The translations under genes and the position numbers were made by a program. Positions 1 through 14,471 of a DNA stretch of 64,000 nucleotides are shown here, piece by piece (the stretch's first letter is position 1; every line of letters starts with the position of its first letter). The stretch covers positions 8,989-72,988 of the forward strand of contig SKJI01000007.1 of assembly GCA_007115995.1 (NCBI GenBank), read 5' to 3'. Below the pieces are notes generated by a model, which saw nothing but the letters and a program-made list of their open reading frames with translations, had not been told where the DNA came from and did no database searches. This DNA is from a candidate division SR1 bacterium. Its GTDB lineage: Bacteria > Patescibacteriota > Gracilibacteria > Absconditabacterales > Absconditicoccaceae.

Positions 1-141
1 TTCATTGAGAAGAAGAGAAGCAAATGAATCCTGAAAAAGAGCACAACCATCATTGAAAACCTGTTATCAATTGAAAAAGCACGTATCAATTTCTGCCAGA
101 TATGTGAGGAGAGCATTATAAACTATGAGAAAATATTGTAA
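1..141 (+). CDS. 3' end of an unidentified CDS (47 codons). The C-terminal C-x2-C may be a DksA/TraR-type zinc-finger tail.
   Basis: Frame 1 is open from the window edge to TAA 139-141, with one in-frame TGA. Translation: ...IENLLSIEKARINFCQICEESIINYEKIL. Confidence 0.3.
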
Positions 142-213
142 AGAGAGAAACGAGCGAATAGTTAATATTCTGTGCTCTCATAGAGTATATGATCTACTGT
201 GTAATAACTATTA

Positions 214-786
214 TTATGTTCATGTTCGCTCTTTTCGAATTGTTTTAATCCTGTCAGTATGAGTAAGAGAAATCTTTGGAGTAGGATGAGGTTGATCAAA
301 CCGTGCTGTGTTTTTTTCGTGTATTCTATGATAGTGTCTTCAAAACGCTCTCGAAGGTAGGTTTATTGCACTATGTGGAAACATATCGAGGATCATTTGC
401 ACAAACGTGTTGCAGTTAGGTCCGGGAAGTGAACTATACGAATGAAGATAGAGAAATCAGGCAAGGTTGTTTTTGAGGAGATGAGCAAGTTGATATGCAT
501 CAGAGTGTTCTCATCAAGCGATTGTGTGTAAGAGTGTTGCTTGATAGAGTCGTTCGTTGTGTCGTGTAAAAATTGGTAATCATGCACCAAACTGAAGATG
601 ATTAATATGCATATATCACCACTGAGGAGATGCTTTATTGAGAAAGTGACGAATTTCATATCTATGGAGGGTGTTGTCAGGATCTTGTGTTTCAATTCGA
701 GTATGGATAGCAATGTTTTGTAGTATTGGGAGTGGACTACTGTAAATACGTACAATTCGTTCTTTTGTAGGAAGAATTACAACCAT
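214..786 (-). CDS. DUF3750-like protein (190 aa)
   Basis: ATG at 786, TAA at 214-216. Continuous only with TGA as sense. Motifs AIHT[CGA]IE...HRYEIRHF and SLPGPNCNTFVQMILDMFP..LPSRAFG match my recollection of DUF3750. Track ORF 393..755 is a different frame and is rejected. Confidence 0.55.
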
Positions 787-893
787 AGCATGCTTGGTCT
801 TGTATAAAAAACATACTTAACTATAATTTTTTTTGTAAGAGAGTCAAACTGTTGCACGATTCTGAGATACATACTTTATTTTCTTGGTCATAT

Positions 894-1775
894 ATGAGTA
901 ACCCTATTATACATACCCCTGTTTTATTTCAAGAAGTGATGCAGTCTTGTCCTGATGATGCTCACTATGTGATGGATGGAACATTGTGACATGGATGACA
1001 TACGTTGTGATTCTTGGCACAGTGACGTACTGTTTTGGGAGTTGATAGAGATCAAGCAATGATTGCAAAGGCAAGGCAGACTATAGACCAGCAGTATTTT
1101 GATGAGAATCGTATTCAGATTGTCCACGGAAGTTATGCTGATTTTGAGCATATTAAGCAACAGACTGGCGTGCAACAGGTTGATTATATACTGATTGATA
1201 TTGGGGTGAATATGGAACATTTTAAGGATGCGTCTCGTGGGTTTAGTATTAAGCATGATGGACCACTTGATATGCGCTATGATACCTCACAGTGACAACC
1301 AGTTGCACTATGGCTTGCCCAAGCAACGTATCAAGATCTTGTAGACAATCTTGTGGAATATGCAGATTTTTCTGAGAAATATATCGATTGGATTGCAAAA
1401 GAACTCGTGCAACATAAAAAATCACATCCTTTTCATACAACCCATGATGTGCGTGATTGCGCAAAAAATCTTGGTATTAACGACAAAAAACTTGCTGTTA
1501 TTTTTCAGTCATGGAGAATTCAGATTAATAATGAACTTGATGAGTTTGATAGATTTTTAGAAACATTTGTAGACTATTTGAGACCATGATGAAGATGTTG
1601 TATTATTACCTATCATAGTGGAGAAGATAGACGTGCAAAAATAGCACTGAAATCACTTGCAAAACAAAATATTTGAATTATACTAACTAAACATGTTATA
1701 AAACCATCATGGCAAGAAATACAAGTAAATAAAGCAGCAAGAAGTGCGAAGATGAGACTATTTGAGAAAATATAA
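894..1775 (+). CDS. rsmH: 16S rRNA (cytosine1402-N4)-methyltransferase RsmH/MraW
   Basis: HTPVLFQEV..DGTL(G)HG(G)HT, with TGA at 987, 996 and 1008 on glycines. Also GPLDMRYD and YHSGEDRRAK. Track ORFs 1035.. and 1353.. are the same frame joined by TGA. Confidence 0.9.
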
Positions 1776-1799
1776 AGTTTTTGATTCCTAATCTTCACA

Positions 1800-2165
1800 A
1801 TGAATAAGCTCGCATTTGTCAAAAGTATGTCTAAACAATACCTATTGATGCAGCATACACTTAGACGCAATAAAAAACTGTTTAGTAGTGCTAAACTTAT
1901 TGTTGTGTCAATAATCTTCTTTTTTGTTGTAGGTGTCTATGCAGTCAATATTACATCAGCATCTACAAAATGATACTTCCATAGAATAGAAACAAGAAAG
2001 CAAGATGCTTTGGTTTTTGAGCGTAGTATTGTTGATTTGGAGGTTTTGCAATTAGAAAAAAGACTGCTCGATAATGTCTGATGAATCAATAGCAGTCGAT
2101 ATGGATCAACAGATCGTATGGTGATTATTCAAACTTATGAAACTGATTTAGTAATGAGACCATAA
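1800..2165 (+). CDS. Small single-pass membrane protein, FtsL-like by position
   Basis: 121 codons directly after rsmH. One hydrophobic helix (LIVVSIIFFFVVGVYAV) followed by a polar/coiled tail. No sequence-level identification. Confidence 0.4.
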
Positions 2166-3196
2166 AACTCTTCCAATAATACTCTGAGTTCGGCGTATTC
2201 CTTTGCTGCAGGAATGCGTTTTTTTATTTCTTTGTTGTACTCCAATCCAGAAATATAATTAAACAAATATTTACGAAATTCACGAGGAGTGTAGTATCCA
2301 TCGTACTTTTCAGGATGTGCATGGATATGATCTGCACGGTTCTCTAACTGGTGGAGTGTTGGCTGTATGAGTATCGTGTGTCCTGTTTTTTCAGTCGATA
2401 GAGCTCGTTCTTTGAAGTATTGTTCTTGTGCCATAGCGAGTGCAAGATGACGAAATATTACAGCAAAACGTTCTTCAACTGATGGAGTTGTTTCTACAAG
2501 TACTCGAGGGTTACCGATTGCGGCTTGCGCGATCATTACGCCATCGAGTGGACCAATACGATCAGCGCAATCTTGATACGTTCTGATTCATCAATTTCAA
2601 ATAATGACTGTATCTGAGCAGGCTTGTTTGAGTTTATAGATAAATGGTCGATCGACTTCACCGCTATGAGATTGTTTATAAGTTCTTCAATGGACACCAA
2701 TCATCCAGACATACTTACTTGCTTCGACTAGAAATGCAAATTGTTCTTCTTTGTCTGCTTCAGTGAGTCATGCTCTTGTTTTGAGACTAAACGGAGTAGT
2801 GATGCTTTGTGCGATCTGCTTGAGAATCTGCAGTGTTTTTTCTTTGTTTTTGAGCATACCGCTTCATGCTTCACATTTCATAATTTTGGGTGATGGACAT
2901 CACATGTTGAGTTCGATTCATCCGAACGAGTAGTGTTGATCAAGCGACTGCGCACATGCAACCAACGTCTCTACATTTCATCAAAAAATCTGTGCAATCA
3001 GTTCTGACTCGTAGTCAGTCTGCAAGAGATGCTTGACGACTCAGACAGGATTATGCATATACCCATCCGCACTCATAAACTCCGTCCAGAGCATCAGCGA
3101 CTCATGCGGTTTCTGATAACGCAAAAAAATCTCTTTACAGATTATTCTGTATGCACAGTCCGTTACTCAATCCATTGGCGCCAATCAAATCTTCAT
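2135..3196 (-). CDS. dus: tRNA-dihydrouridine synthase
   Basis: MKI(G)LAPMD(G)VTDCAYR, ELNM(G)CPSPK, H(G)RTYKQSHSGEVD[CGA]PFIYKLK, AIGNPRVL. 354 codons in one frame with many TGA. Confidence 0.85.
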
Positions 3197-3207
3197 GCTG
3201 TCATTAC

Positions 3208-3265
3208 AGTATATATTTTGCTTGATGATGCTAGATGAAATAGTGTGAATCGTGGCAAGAGTAGA
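3208..3265. repeat. Copy A of a ~58-nt conserved intergenic module, 12 nt upstream of the dus start
   Basis: agtatatattttgcttgatgatgctagatgaaatagtgtgaatcgtggcaagagtaga. About 85% identical to 5466-5524. Confidence 0.6.
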
Positions 3266-3488
3266 TTTACTTGACTTTGATGTATATATGTATTTAAAGT
3301 TATTACTTATGTTTGAGTGCTAAAATCTTGGCTTATTTAGTAGCGTCTGTCTTTTTGGATGTAAAACATCCATTAAGAAAACATAAGTGATAGCCATGTT
3401 TTTTAGCTCTTGATTGTTTTGTAATCAAGAGCATTTTTATAAAAAGCCACTAACATCATATCAGAAACACCATAAAATAATTCATTTC

Positions 3489-5354
3489 TTATTCAATCAC
3501 TTCAAACCCTTTCTCCACGTCCTCGTAGACGTGGAGTTTTTTGTTGTCTATGACCCAGATTATATTACTGACTTGACTGAGAAAGTCTCTATCATGCGAG
3601 ATGATGATACTTACGCCAGAAAATTGTTGTAACATCATCGTGATGCTTTCTTTGCTGAGGATGTCGAGATGGTTGGTTGGCTCATCCATAATGATAACGT
3701 CAGGTTTGCTGAGGAGCATTTTGGTGAGCGCAACTTTTGCTTTTTCTCCTCACGAGAGAGTATCGATACGTTGTTGTGCTTTTTCTGCACTCACTGACAA
3801 TGATCATAATATCCCAAGAATCTCTTTCATACTAACTCATGGTCAGAGGAGTTCATCAATGATGCTCTGTGATCCATTCATACTGTCAACAATCTGTCCA
3901 TACGAACCAATAATAAGATTTGGTGCGATCTTTACTGATCCAGCAAGCAGTGCTTGTTCTCAGAGAATTGATTTGATCAAGGTGGTTTTTCATACTCAGT
4001 TTTTTCCAATAATACTGATTTGCATCGATTTGGTGACAACGAGTTTGGGTGGTAAGCTCACGAGAGGATCTTGTAGGTGATAGCCTATGAGACCGTCGAA
4101 TAGCGTGAGAATTGTTTCAGGAAGTCTTTTTTCAGAACGTTTGAGGGTGAGAGAACGTGCAGTATGCATATCTTCTGGAGCATCGATTTTTTGGATTTTT
4201 TCGATCTGTTTAATACGACTTTGGACTTGACGCGCTTTACTTTCTTTGTATCTAAAACGATTGATAAACGCTTCTTGTTGGTCGAGATATTTTTGTTGAT
4301 TGGCGAATGCTTTTGATTGTTGTTCAAATAGAGCAATTTTTTGCTCGAGATAGTCGTTGTAATTTCCTTTGTATCGAAAGAGTTGGTGATTACTAATCTC
4401 TACGACCTGATCAAACACTGTATTCAAAAAACGTCTATCATGTGAGATACAGATCAAGGTTTTCCCTCGTGCTTTGCAAAACTGTTCGAGAAACACAATA
4501 CCTTCGATATCAAGATGGTTGGTTGGTTCATCAAGAATTAGGAGATCTACTTGTTGGAGGAGAAATTTTGCAATTTGGAGTTTGGTTTGTTCTCATCCAC
4601 TGAGTTTACTGATCGGTACGGTGAGTTGTTCATCAGTCAATCAAAATCTATGAAGAATCGTTTTTTGCAAATCATAGAGAACAAAACCATTGTGGTGTAC
4701 AAGCCATTCGGTAATGTCTGCTTGCTGTTCAAGGAGATGAACGCTGTCGGGATCTTCTGCTTCGATACGACGTTGAAGAGTATCGAGTATGTCCATTGCT
4801 TGCGTGATGTCTGGAAGCGCAGTGAGTATTTCTTCAAGGACCGTACGTGATGCATTTTCTCGAAAAATATCTTGCGAGAGAAACCCAATCTTGATATCTT
4901 TTTGGAGCAAAATTTCTCCATTATCGATCTCTTCACGTCAGAGCAAGAGTTTGAGTAACGTTGATTTACCTGCACCATTTTTACCAATGAGCGCAATTTT
5001 GCTCCCAGCTTGAATCTGGAGATCTGCTTGTTGAAACAGAATCGTTGAACCGAGTTGTTTATCAACTCATTTGAGCGTCACGATAGGTTGTTTTGTTGTA
5101 TCCTTGGATGATTGGAGTAACCATTTGGGAATGGTCGTGAAACGAGCAGGTTTTTTGGTACTGATTTCATCCAGTAGATCGATTTCAAAGATACTACTGA
5201 GATATTTGAGTAGAATAGGGAGTTTATTTGATGCTTTGGTTTTACTTCACATCTGCAAAAGACGTTCTTCACACAGATCTTCAAGTTCTTGCATTGAAAA
5301 GGCTGTTTGCTCATGAGCAAGACGTTCGAGATAGGGTTGAAGTCATGGAAGCAT
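3489..5354 (-). CDS. ABC-F family ATPase (two ABC cassettes) with an N-terminal extension of roughly 90 aa
   Basis: Track ORFs 3489.., 3996.. and 4641.. share one frame. Walker A IALIGKNGAGKSTLLKLL, a second cassette IIGKN.., MDEPTNHLD, and the inter-domain linker QQKYLDQQEAFINRFRYKESKARQVQSRIK. Confidence 0.85.
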
Positions 5355-5465
5355 CACAATAAATAATTGGTTAAAGCGTGTAGAATGGACTGGAAAATGG
5401 TATTGGTGTGATATTTTCGAATAAGAAAGTTTTCTTTTATGAGGGCATCTTTTATTGCAATATAT

Positions 5466-5524
5466 AGTATATATTTTGCTTAATGATACTAGATGAAATG
5501 AGATGAAAACGTGGCAAGAGCAGA
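5466..5524. repeat. Copy B of the ~58-nt intergenic module, 112 nt upstream of the ABC-F start
   Basis: agtatatattttgcttaatgatactagatgaaatgagatgaaaacgtggcaagagcaga. Confidence 0.6.
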
Positions 5525-5533
5525 AACTATCTT

Positions 5534-6217
5534 CTAATCAAACAACTTCCTCAACACTTCCAACGCAAACGACTGATCCAAAAAATACGGTGAGGTTGCG
5601 ATAGTGACGAATGTGGCGTGTTGGATGAGCGTTTTTGTGCGATTGATCGTCTCGTGCGTGTGATTATTGGTCATACGTGGATCTCGAAAATCAAGGTCAA
5701 TATCAAGAATAAATGGCTGGTCTGGTATAGGGTTGTGCAAGACAGCATATTCTGTTCTTCGTTGTTCGCATGATGTAATGATACCACTAGTTAGTGCCGG
5801 CTGTATAAAACTGCCCACAGTGCAGTAATACTGCGTGTATTCCCAAACATAGTCCATGTCGTCACGCTTATCACGTGCAAATGGCTTGAGCGGTGTTCAT
5901 AAGTCAGCATGCTGGTCGATATGGATAACTGGATATAGTCCATGCTGTTGTCGTCGCCATGCCCACCAATATAATGCATGATTATGATTATCAAAAATAA
6001 CCGCATGATCGAACAGATAGAGATGAGCAAGTCCTATATAAGAAACCACGATACCATGATCATCACGTTCACAAAACACGCAGGTATTTCATAGACTAAC
6101 CTGATCGATTGATTGGATAGTTTTTTTGGATGGAATAGAGATCGATGCAGATCATGTTTCTTGGACTCTTTGATCGTATGCAAAGGTATTATTCCCATGA
6201 TTCGAAGAAAGAATCAT
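5534..6217 (-). CDS. Hypothetical protein, possibly UPF0489-type (DNHNHAL / HIDQHADL motifs)
   Basis: Track ORFs 5534.., 5897.. and 6152.. are one frame joined by TGA. The frame stays open to 6364. I chose the Met at 6217; 6235 and 6364 are alternatives. Confidence 0.35.
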
Positions 6218-6414
6218 TGTGTTGGTGTAGTGCATTGAACGTATCAGTAAGCAAAAGTAAGACGAGTTGTTCTTTGGTGTGAAAAGTTTTCTAAGTCTAT
6301 AGTGATGAATAAATAGAGTATATCTAATGAGTAATCGTTTAACAAGTGAAAATATCCCTTGCATATTCTATCATTCTTCTTGCAAACTTTTCTATTCTCT
6401 ATACTATAATTCAT

Positions 6415-7833
6415 ATGACTCTACAACTCATCTTATACAATCAATTGTGAGTACAGTGTTGTCTGCCGTGAGCAGAGCGTTTTTTGTTTTTGTTGTCTGA
6501 AAAAACGCTGAAATCACCGTATGGTCCATTACAGTTCAATCAGTTTTCCAAAGAGATAGAACACAAAGCGAGTCAATGGTTTATCAAACATCTCAACGAG
6601 CAGGGAAAGCAGGCAGATCGAAAGGCAGTAACAAACTATACGCAATGACTTCTTGAGTACTGTCAAGAATATAGTGTCGATACGGTAATGATTATGCAAT
6701 CATCTGAACCATCACTGCAACGTACATTGCAAACAATGCAACACACGCTCAATGAGCATGGTATTTCGATACAGCGACATGAAAATACTCAATTTTTGCT
6801 CTCTCATAGCAGATTTCTCAAACGTTTTCCAAAACCACCAATAATGGAGACGTTTTATCGTTGGATGAGAAAAGAGTTTGATGTTCTCATGGATGGTAAT
6901 GCACCAGTATGATGACAGCGAAATTTTGATAAAGAAAATAGGAAGTTTGACAAACACTATCAAATGCAGCAGACAGAACAATGAGTGTCATATCCGACTT
7001 CTCGTCCTGAAGCAATAGCACTATTACAACAATTCGTTGATAAAAAAATTGATCGTTTTGGTGAGCTTGAGGATGCAATGTACACGCATGATGAGTACGT
7101 TCATCATTCGTTATTAAGTACAAGTATAAATTTCTGATTATTGACACCATGGGAGGTTATTGATGCGATCTCCCAGACTGACACTGCAATCAATAACAAA
7201 GAGTGAGCAATTCGTCAGATTTTGTGACGAAGAGAATATATGTATCACTGGTTTATGTTTTACCATGAGACGATCTATCATGACAATGCACTCAATCATA
7301 CAACACCACTGCCAGATTGGTTTTGGTGGCCAGACGACTCACCGCTCCAGATGTATTGTGTCAACCATGTACTCAAGACGGTCAAACGTACCTGATATAG
7401 CCATCATATTACCAGATTGATGATTATTTGAAATTTTAGTCTATTAATGTGATATAATCCACATGATGTCAATAAACGATTCTGGGAGATGTATGCTGAT
7501 GCATTCGAACGAGTGGTGACACCAAATGTACTCGGTATGTCACAGTTTGTAGATTGATGAAATCTAGCAACAAAGCCGTATATTTCTTCTGCAAACTATA
7601 TCAACAAGATGAGCGATTATTGCAAACATTGTTATTATGACCCTAAACAAAAGGAATGAGAACGTGCATGTCCAATGAACTATCTGTATCGAAATTTTGT
7701 TGAGAAACATCGTAGTTTTTTTGCAAGGCAGCCATATATCGTGAGTAATCTTAAGAAGATTGATATTACCAAGGTCAAACAGCAAGCACAAACATTTATC
7801 AACCAAATAACAACCGTATCCAAGCAATTATAG
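6415..7833 (+). CDS. Cryptochrome/photolyase-related protein of the FeS-BCP / DPRP type
   Basis: (G)(G)Q[CGA]NFDKENRK, ILG[CGA]REYMY, AFE[CGA]VVTPNVLGMSQF, and cysteine pattern C-x87-C-x2-C-x12-C (MYCVNH ... DYCKHC...ACPMNY). Ends at TAG 7831-7833. Confidence 0.8.
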
Positions 7834-7902
7834 TGATCTTGCATTGTACCACGATATTCCTATACTTACAAACAACACGTTTATTTTTTTGTTACAAAAA
7901 AT

Positions 7903-9807
<1,905 letters not shown>

Positions 9808-9934
9808 TCAATATTTTTCTTGTAGTATGTGTACTTACGTATTCTACTGGTAGGATCTGTATGGTATCTGCTGGTAGAGTAGTGTTGCATGTCTTGTGCT
9901 TTATTCTTCTATCAATCGTGTCTCTATGTTTCAT

Positions 9935-10477
9935 ATGATTTCAGGAAAAAAAGTTGTTTATGATCATTGTACCATGATACACAATGATATGTTTGGTATA
10001 GAGGTAACATACACAGGTCAACAACAACTCTGACAGTTTTTTTTATATCCACAGCTTGATCAAAATAATCAGACTATTAGATATTATGCATTTGATGATA
10101 TTTTACAAAAAACTCAGTTTGAACAATTACTCAAGCTTCCATGAATTGGAGGCAAGACAGCTTATCATATCGCATCGTTACCTCATAATCTCTTAGAGGA
10201 TGCAGTAGAAAAAATGGATGTTGCTTTTTTTCAGTCCTTACCATGAGTCTGACCTAAGACTGCAAAAAGACTTTTGTTGGAGCTTAAACAAACAGTCTCA
10301 AAAGATGATATGATGACACTGTCTGGTGATCCAAAAATTGCTCAAGATATCACGAAATCGTTACAGTCGTTATGATATCAACAGCAAACAATCAAATTAT
10401 TACTACCAGATGTTCCATATCGTTTTGAAAAAGAACATATTCCTGATATTATGAAGCGATTGATAGATCATATGTAA
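9935..10477 (+). CDS. ruvA: Holliday junction DNA helicase subunit RuvA
   Basis: MISGK.., two HhH motifs LLKLP(G)IGGKTAYHI and LP(G)V(G)PKTAKRLLLELK. An alternative ATG lies at 9926. Confidence 0.85.
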
Positions 10478-10502
10478 GAATGTTTTATTTATTGTGCTAT
10501 TT

Positions 10503-12929
10503 ATGTTTGATTTTGGAATCTTATGAATGAATGCAAGGAACTTATCATATATAAGAAAGTTCAATAATAAAAAAGCAATTCGTTTGGCTGATAATAAAGA
10601 GAAAACAAAACGTTTTTTACATGCAAGATGAATACCAGTACCTGAAACATATGCACTTATTAAAACATATGATCAGCTTTGGTCGTTTAATTTTCGTGAT
10701 ATTGAAGCAGATCAGTTTATTATTAAACCAGTGAGATGAAGTAGAGGAAGATGAATTTACCGTGTTGGATGTCTCTGAACTATCAAACAGTCTACCATAA
10801 TGCAATTTTGACCACAAACTTTTGATTTCTCAATTTCTAAACATTCTCCATATGTTGATGAGTATTATAAAGTAGGTTCATCACTAGTAGACGATACAAC
10901 ATTAAGAAGGTATTTATTGGATATTTTATATTGAAGAAATTCACTTGTTTGAGATAAAGATCAGATACTTATAGAAGAACTGTTAGTTCCATGATGAGGA
11001 TTTGAACCATTTTGCGAGCATGGTTTAGCAGATATTAGAGTGATAGTGTTTAACTTGATTCCAGTTGCTGCGATGCTTCGTGTTCCTACGCCAGAGTCTG
11101 ATGGTAAAGCAAATCTTGATAGATGAGCACTATGAATGGGTATTGAAGTTTGATCATGAAAAGTGTATTGAATGTATGTATGATGAAAAATTCATCAAGG
11201 TCATTTCCCAGATAAATATAAATCGTTTGCTCATAAAACAATTCCTTATTGGGATGAAATTTTATTGTATTCTTCAAAAATTCAATATTTTGCAAACTTA
11301 TGATATTTAGCTCTGGATTGGGTTATTACACCTGATTGACCAAAATTGCTTGAAATCAATGCTAGAGCATGATTAAAGTTTCAGTTAGCTGCTCAGCTCC
11401 CACTCAAAAGAAGACTCGAAAAAATAGGTGATCTCAAGGTAGTTACACCAGAAAAATGAGTTGAAATAGCACAAACATTGTTTAGTCACCACAAAACTCC
11501 ACCAGTTGCAAGCTCAAAATTACTCTATTTGACACAACATGGTACATTAACATCACTGTATGAAGCAAAAGAAAAGGTGGTTACAAATGTGATTGTGCAA
11601 GTAGATATCAATAAACGTCATAGTTATGTCTCTGTAGATTTATGGCCTTTGGTCTTACAGACGAGAAAAACCATAGTAAAGACTGAGCAGTGAGTGGAAC
11701 TTTCACATATTAAACGAAAAAAATTAGAAAAACAATATAAACATAGAATAATTCTGTGAAGAGAAGCAGTAGCAGAATATTATGTCAAACCAATCAATAA
11801 AATTTTCACCTCACTTTCATTTATCAATCCCAAAAAAATCTTGCAGTCTGAAATTGATGATATTCATATTTTGGATCAAAGAGTCGATAAGCTAGCGAAA
11901 CAGATTAACATTTCTAGAATCTTGAAACCGATAAATTTCTTGGAAGAACTTGATACTTTTATAACTCGGAATGGGAAATATAATCCACATTTTCATTATG
12001 CTTGGCCAACAAATAAGTCATTACGTCTGTTAACCGAGCAGTCTGACATGCTTTTGGAAAAGTATTTTGGTACAAGTTGATTGCAAAGTAAATTTGCGCA
12101 ATTATTTAAGGAAAAAATTAGAGAAATTCAGAAGAAGGTTGAGCTGATAAGAGCATATAAATCACAAGATTTTCATCGTATTATTCAAGCAAATCAAGCA
12201 TTGTTTTGAAAACTTGATAATGATCTTATTCAACAAGCGTGAGCGTGTTTTATTCAGCATGTTGATCAAGATAGAACCATCTTATGACCAGTACTAAAAC
12301 GTGAAAGAATATTTGCATTGATAAAAACATACATGCATGAAAGATGATTACATGATGTGAAAATAATTTTTGATAGTAATGCATTATGAAGGATGTCTAT
12401 CAAAAGATGAAGAATCTTGACGATCAGAATTTCAGAAGTTGCTTGATTTAGAGAGCAAGAGCTTATTGCAACATTGGCGCATGAAGTGGATGTACATATA
12501 AGAAGATACCAATCTTGAATAGCCACATGATGGCATATCCTCAAAAATTGAACTGCATGATATATAGTAGATGAGGAATGACTTGCTGTATACAAAAGTT
12601 TACAACATCTTCCTGATGAGTATGAGAAAGTAGGAATGTATCAAAAATATTACTTGTTGAGTATTACCCAAGAAAAATCCTTTTCTGATTTGGTTTGAAT
12701 TATTAGATCGTTATCAAACAAATCATTAATGTGATCATTTAAGGCAGCCTTGAGATTAAAGAAGTGAATTACAGATACCGAGAGAGATGATTGAATAGTC
12801 TATAGCAAAACGAAAATATATCTCGAATGATATACTCATATTTGTAAACGAATAGAAGCGTGATGAGACGTTGAGCAACTTTTAAGTATTTGAAAAATAA
12901 AAACATCTGATTTATCTTATATACAATAA
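10503..12929 (+). CDS. Fusion protein (808 aa): N-terminal ATP-grasp (RimK/alpha-L-glutamate-ligase-related) domain plus C-terminal DUF1704/QEGLA-motif metallopeptidase-like domain
   Basis: N-terminus MFDFGIL(G)MNARNLSYI, IKPVR(G)SRGR(G)I, ADIRVIVFN, LEINARA(G)L. C-terminal half LAHEVDVHIRRY (HE-x3-H) and VDEE(G)LAVYKS (QEGLA-like). One uninterrupted frame, checked codon by codon at risky spots. Confidence 0.7.
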
Positions 12930-12938
12930 TCTGAACGT

Positions 12939-14471
12939 ATGATACAAGAAACGATACAAGCATGTGCAGATCGTATAAAAAATACTCCGTGATTGAGAGA
13001 GATTCTTGAATTAACATATGCATATGATATTACTGATCATCATATATACTATAATAAAACACTTTTCAAAGAGTTTTCAGATTGTTCACAATGTAAGAGC
13101 TATGACGAATATTATCAGACACTCTCACGTGCATTTGATCAAGTAAAAAATGATATCACTTACTATTACGGTGTTTTTCAAACATTGCAGTCTTTGGATG
13201 TATATACTGCAACAGTTGTGGACATTATGAGCCGTTATTGTGAATATCTTTTGGATATGATACAGATTGCATACACATGATTGCCATTTGAAATAGAAAA
13301 AATGTGATATACATTACCGTTTTGAGAAGAAGAAATACTCCATCGTCTCAAACAGATTGCAGCATGAGAACAAAAACGATTTGGAACGTTAGTCAAAGAC
13401 GATAGATATGAAGCAAGTAGAGTAATATACTATCTTGAAACATCACTCAAAGAACTCTGATTACAAAGATTAACATACGATGAGATCAAACAGTTTACAC
13501 AATACATAAAAATCCTCAAAGAGCAGAGTAAATACTGCAAAGAGTTTTGTGATGATCATGAAGATCATATTGAGTATATCATGACAGGGCAGGAGTATTT
13601 TGCACAACCGATTCATAGGTCGATCTATGTACAAATTTTTGCCCATGTTTTTGCTATATATGGTATCGAAAAGCCGATACGTATAGAAAGTAGATCATCG
13701 ATGTATGATGGTGTTGATGCATTTTGTATTCCTGATAGTCCATGATACGAAACATTATCGTTGCAAAGAGTCTTGGAGTTGGTCTGTCATGAAATAGAAA
13801 TACATTATCTTGTGCAGCATAATTGATCTCTGCTTCTACCGATTACTGATTGAGCAAACTCATTGTTTAAAGAGGAGTGACTTGCCAAGTTTATGGAAGA
13901 GATATTGGATGGTGCGACATTAATCAATATGGATATTACCCCATCAATAATACAATTATTAGCGTGTGAAATTTTGTGATGAGATGATTGTATGCAATTC
14001 TTGAAGATATACTATCGTTTGAGAAATCAACAAGATCAATGGCTTGGATACTTCCTAAGACGCAAAAGAAACTATGCGATTGCATATCCATGAACGCAAC
14101 ACAAAGACATTACTTATAGTAGATGAAGATTTGCTGTGAGATGATATTTAATGGATTGATGAGATTTTCTGTCGCTCTATTATGCTAAAGTTGATTTTCA
14201 TGATATTGCATTATTATCATCTGTGATCTCACAGCAACAAAAACAACACTTGCTTTATCCTTTATTTATCACTGAAAGAGTGCTACATCGTTTACTATGA
14301 GATAAACGTTCATGGGATGATCTGCTCGCAAAAAAATATCCGTTTATTGATTTTGCATCATATCCGTCGTTGGAGCTCAATAAACAACAAACCCATCATA
14401 TCGAAGCAATTATTGGTCTCATTCATGATAATTTACCAATCCCTGATTATTTTCATTCATGAAAAATATAG
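12939..14471 (+). CDS. Second DUF1704/QEGLA-type domain protein (510 aa), a paralog of the C-terminal half of the upstream fusion
   Basis: VCHEIEIHYLVQHN (HE-x3-H) and FKEE(G)LAKFMEE. Starts 9 nt after the previous stop. Confidence 0.6.

Noticed and set aside
393-755. Track ORF (120 aa, minus strand)
   Set aside because: Another minus-strand frame (214..786) gives a continuous protein with DUF3750-like motifs once TGA is read as sense. The 393..755 frame has no recognisable features.
10998-11008. tRNA T-arm-like string (reverse complement GGTTCAAATCC)
   Set aside because: The flanking bases cannot form the 5-bp T stem or an acceptor stem. It lies inside the well-supported ATP-grasp coding frame.
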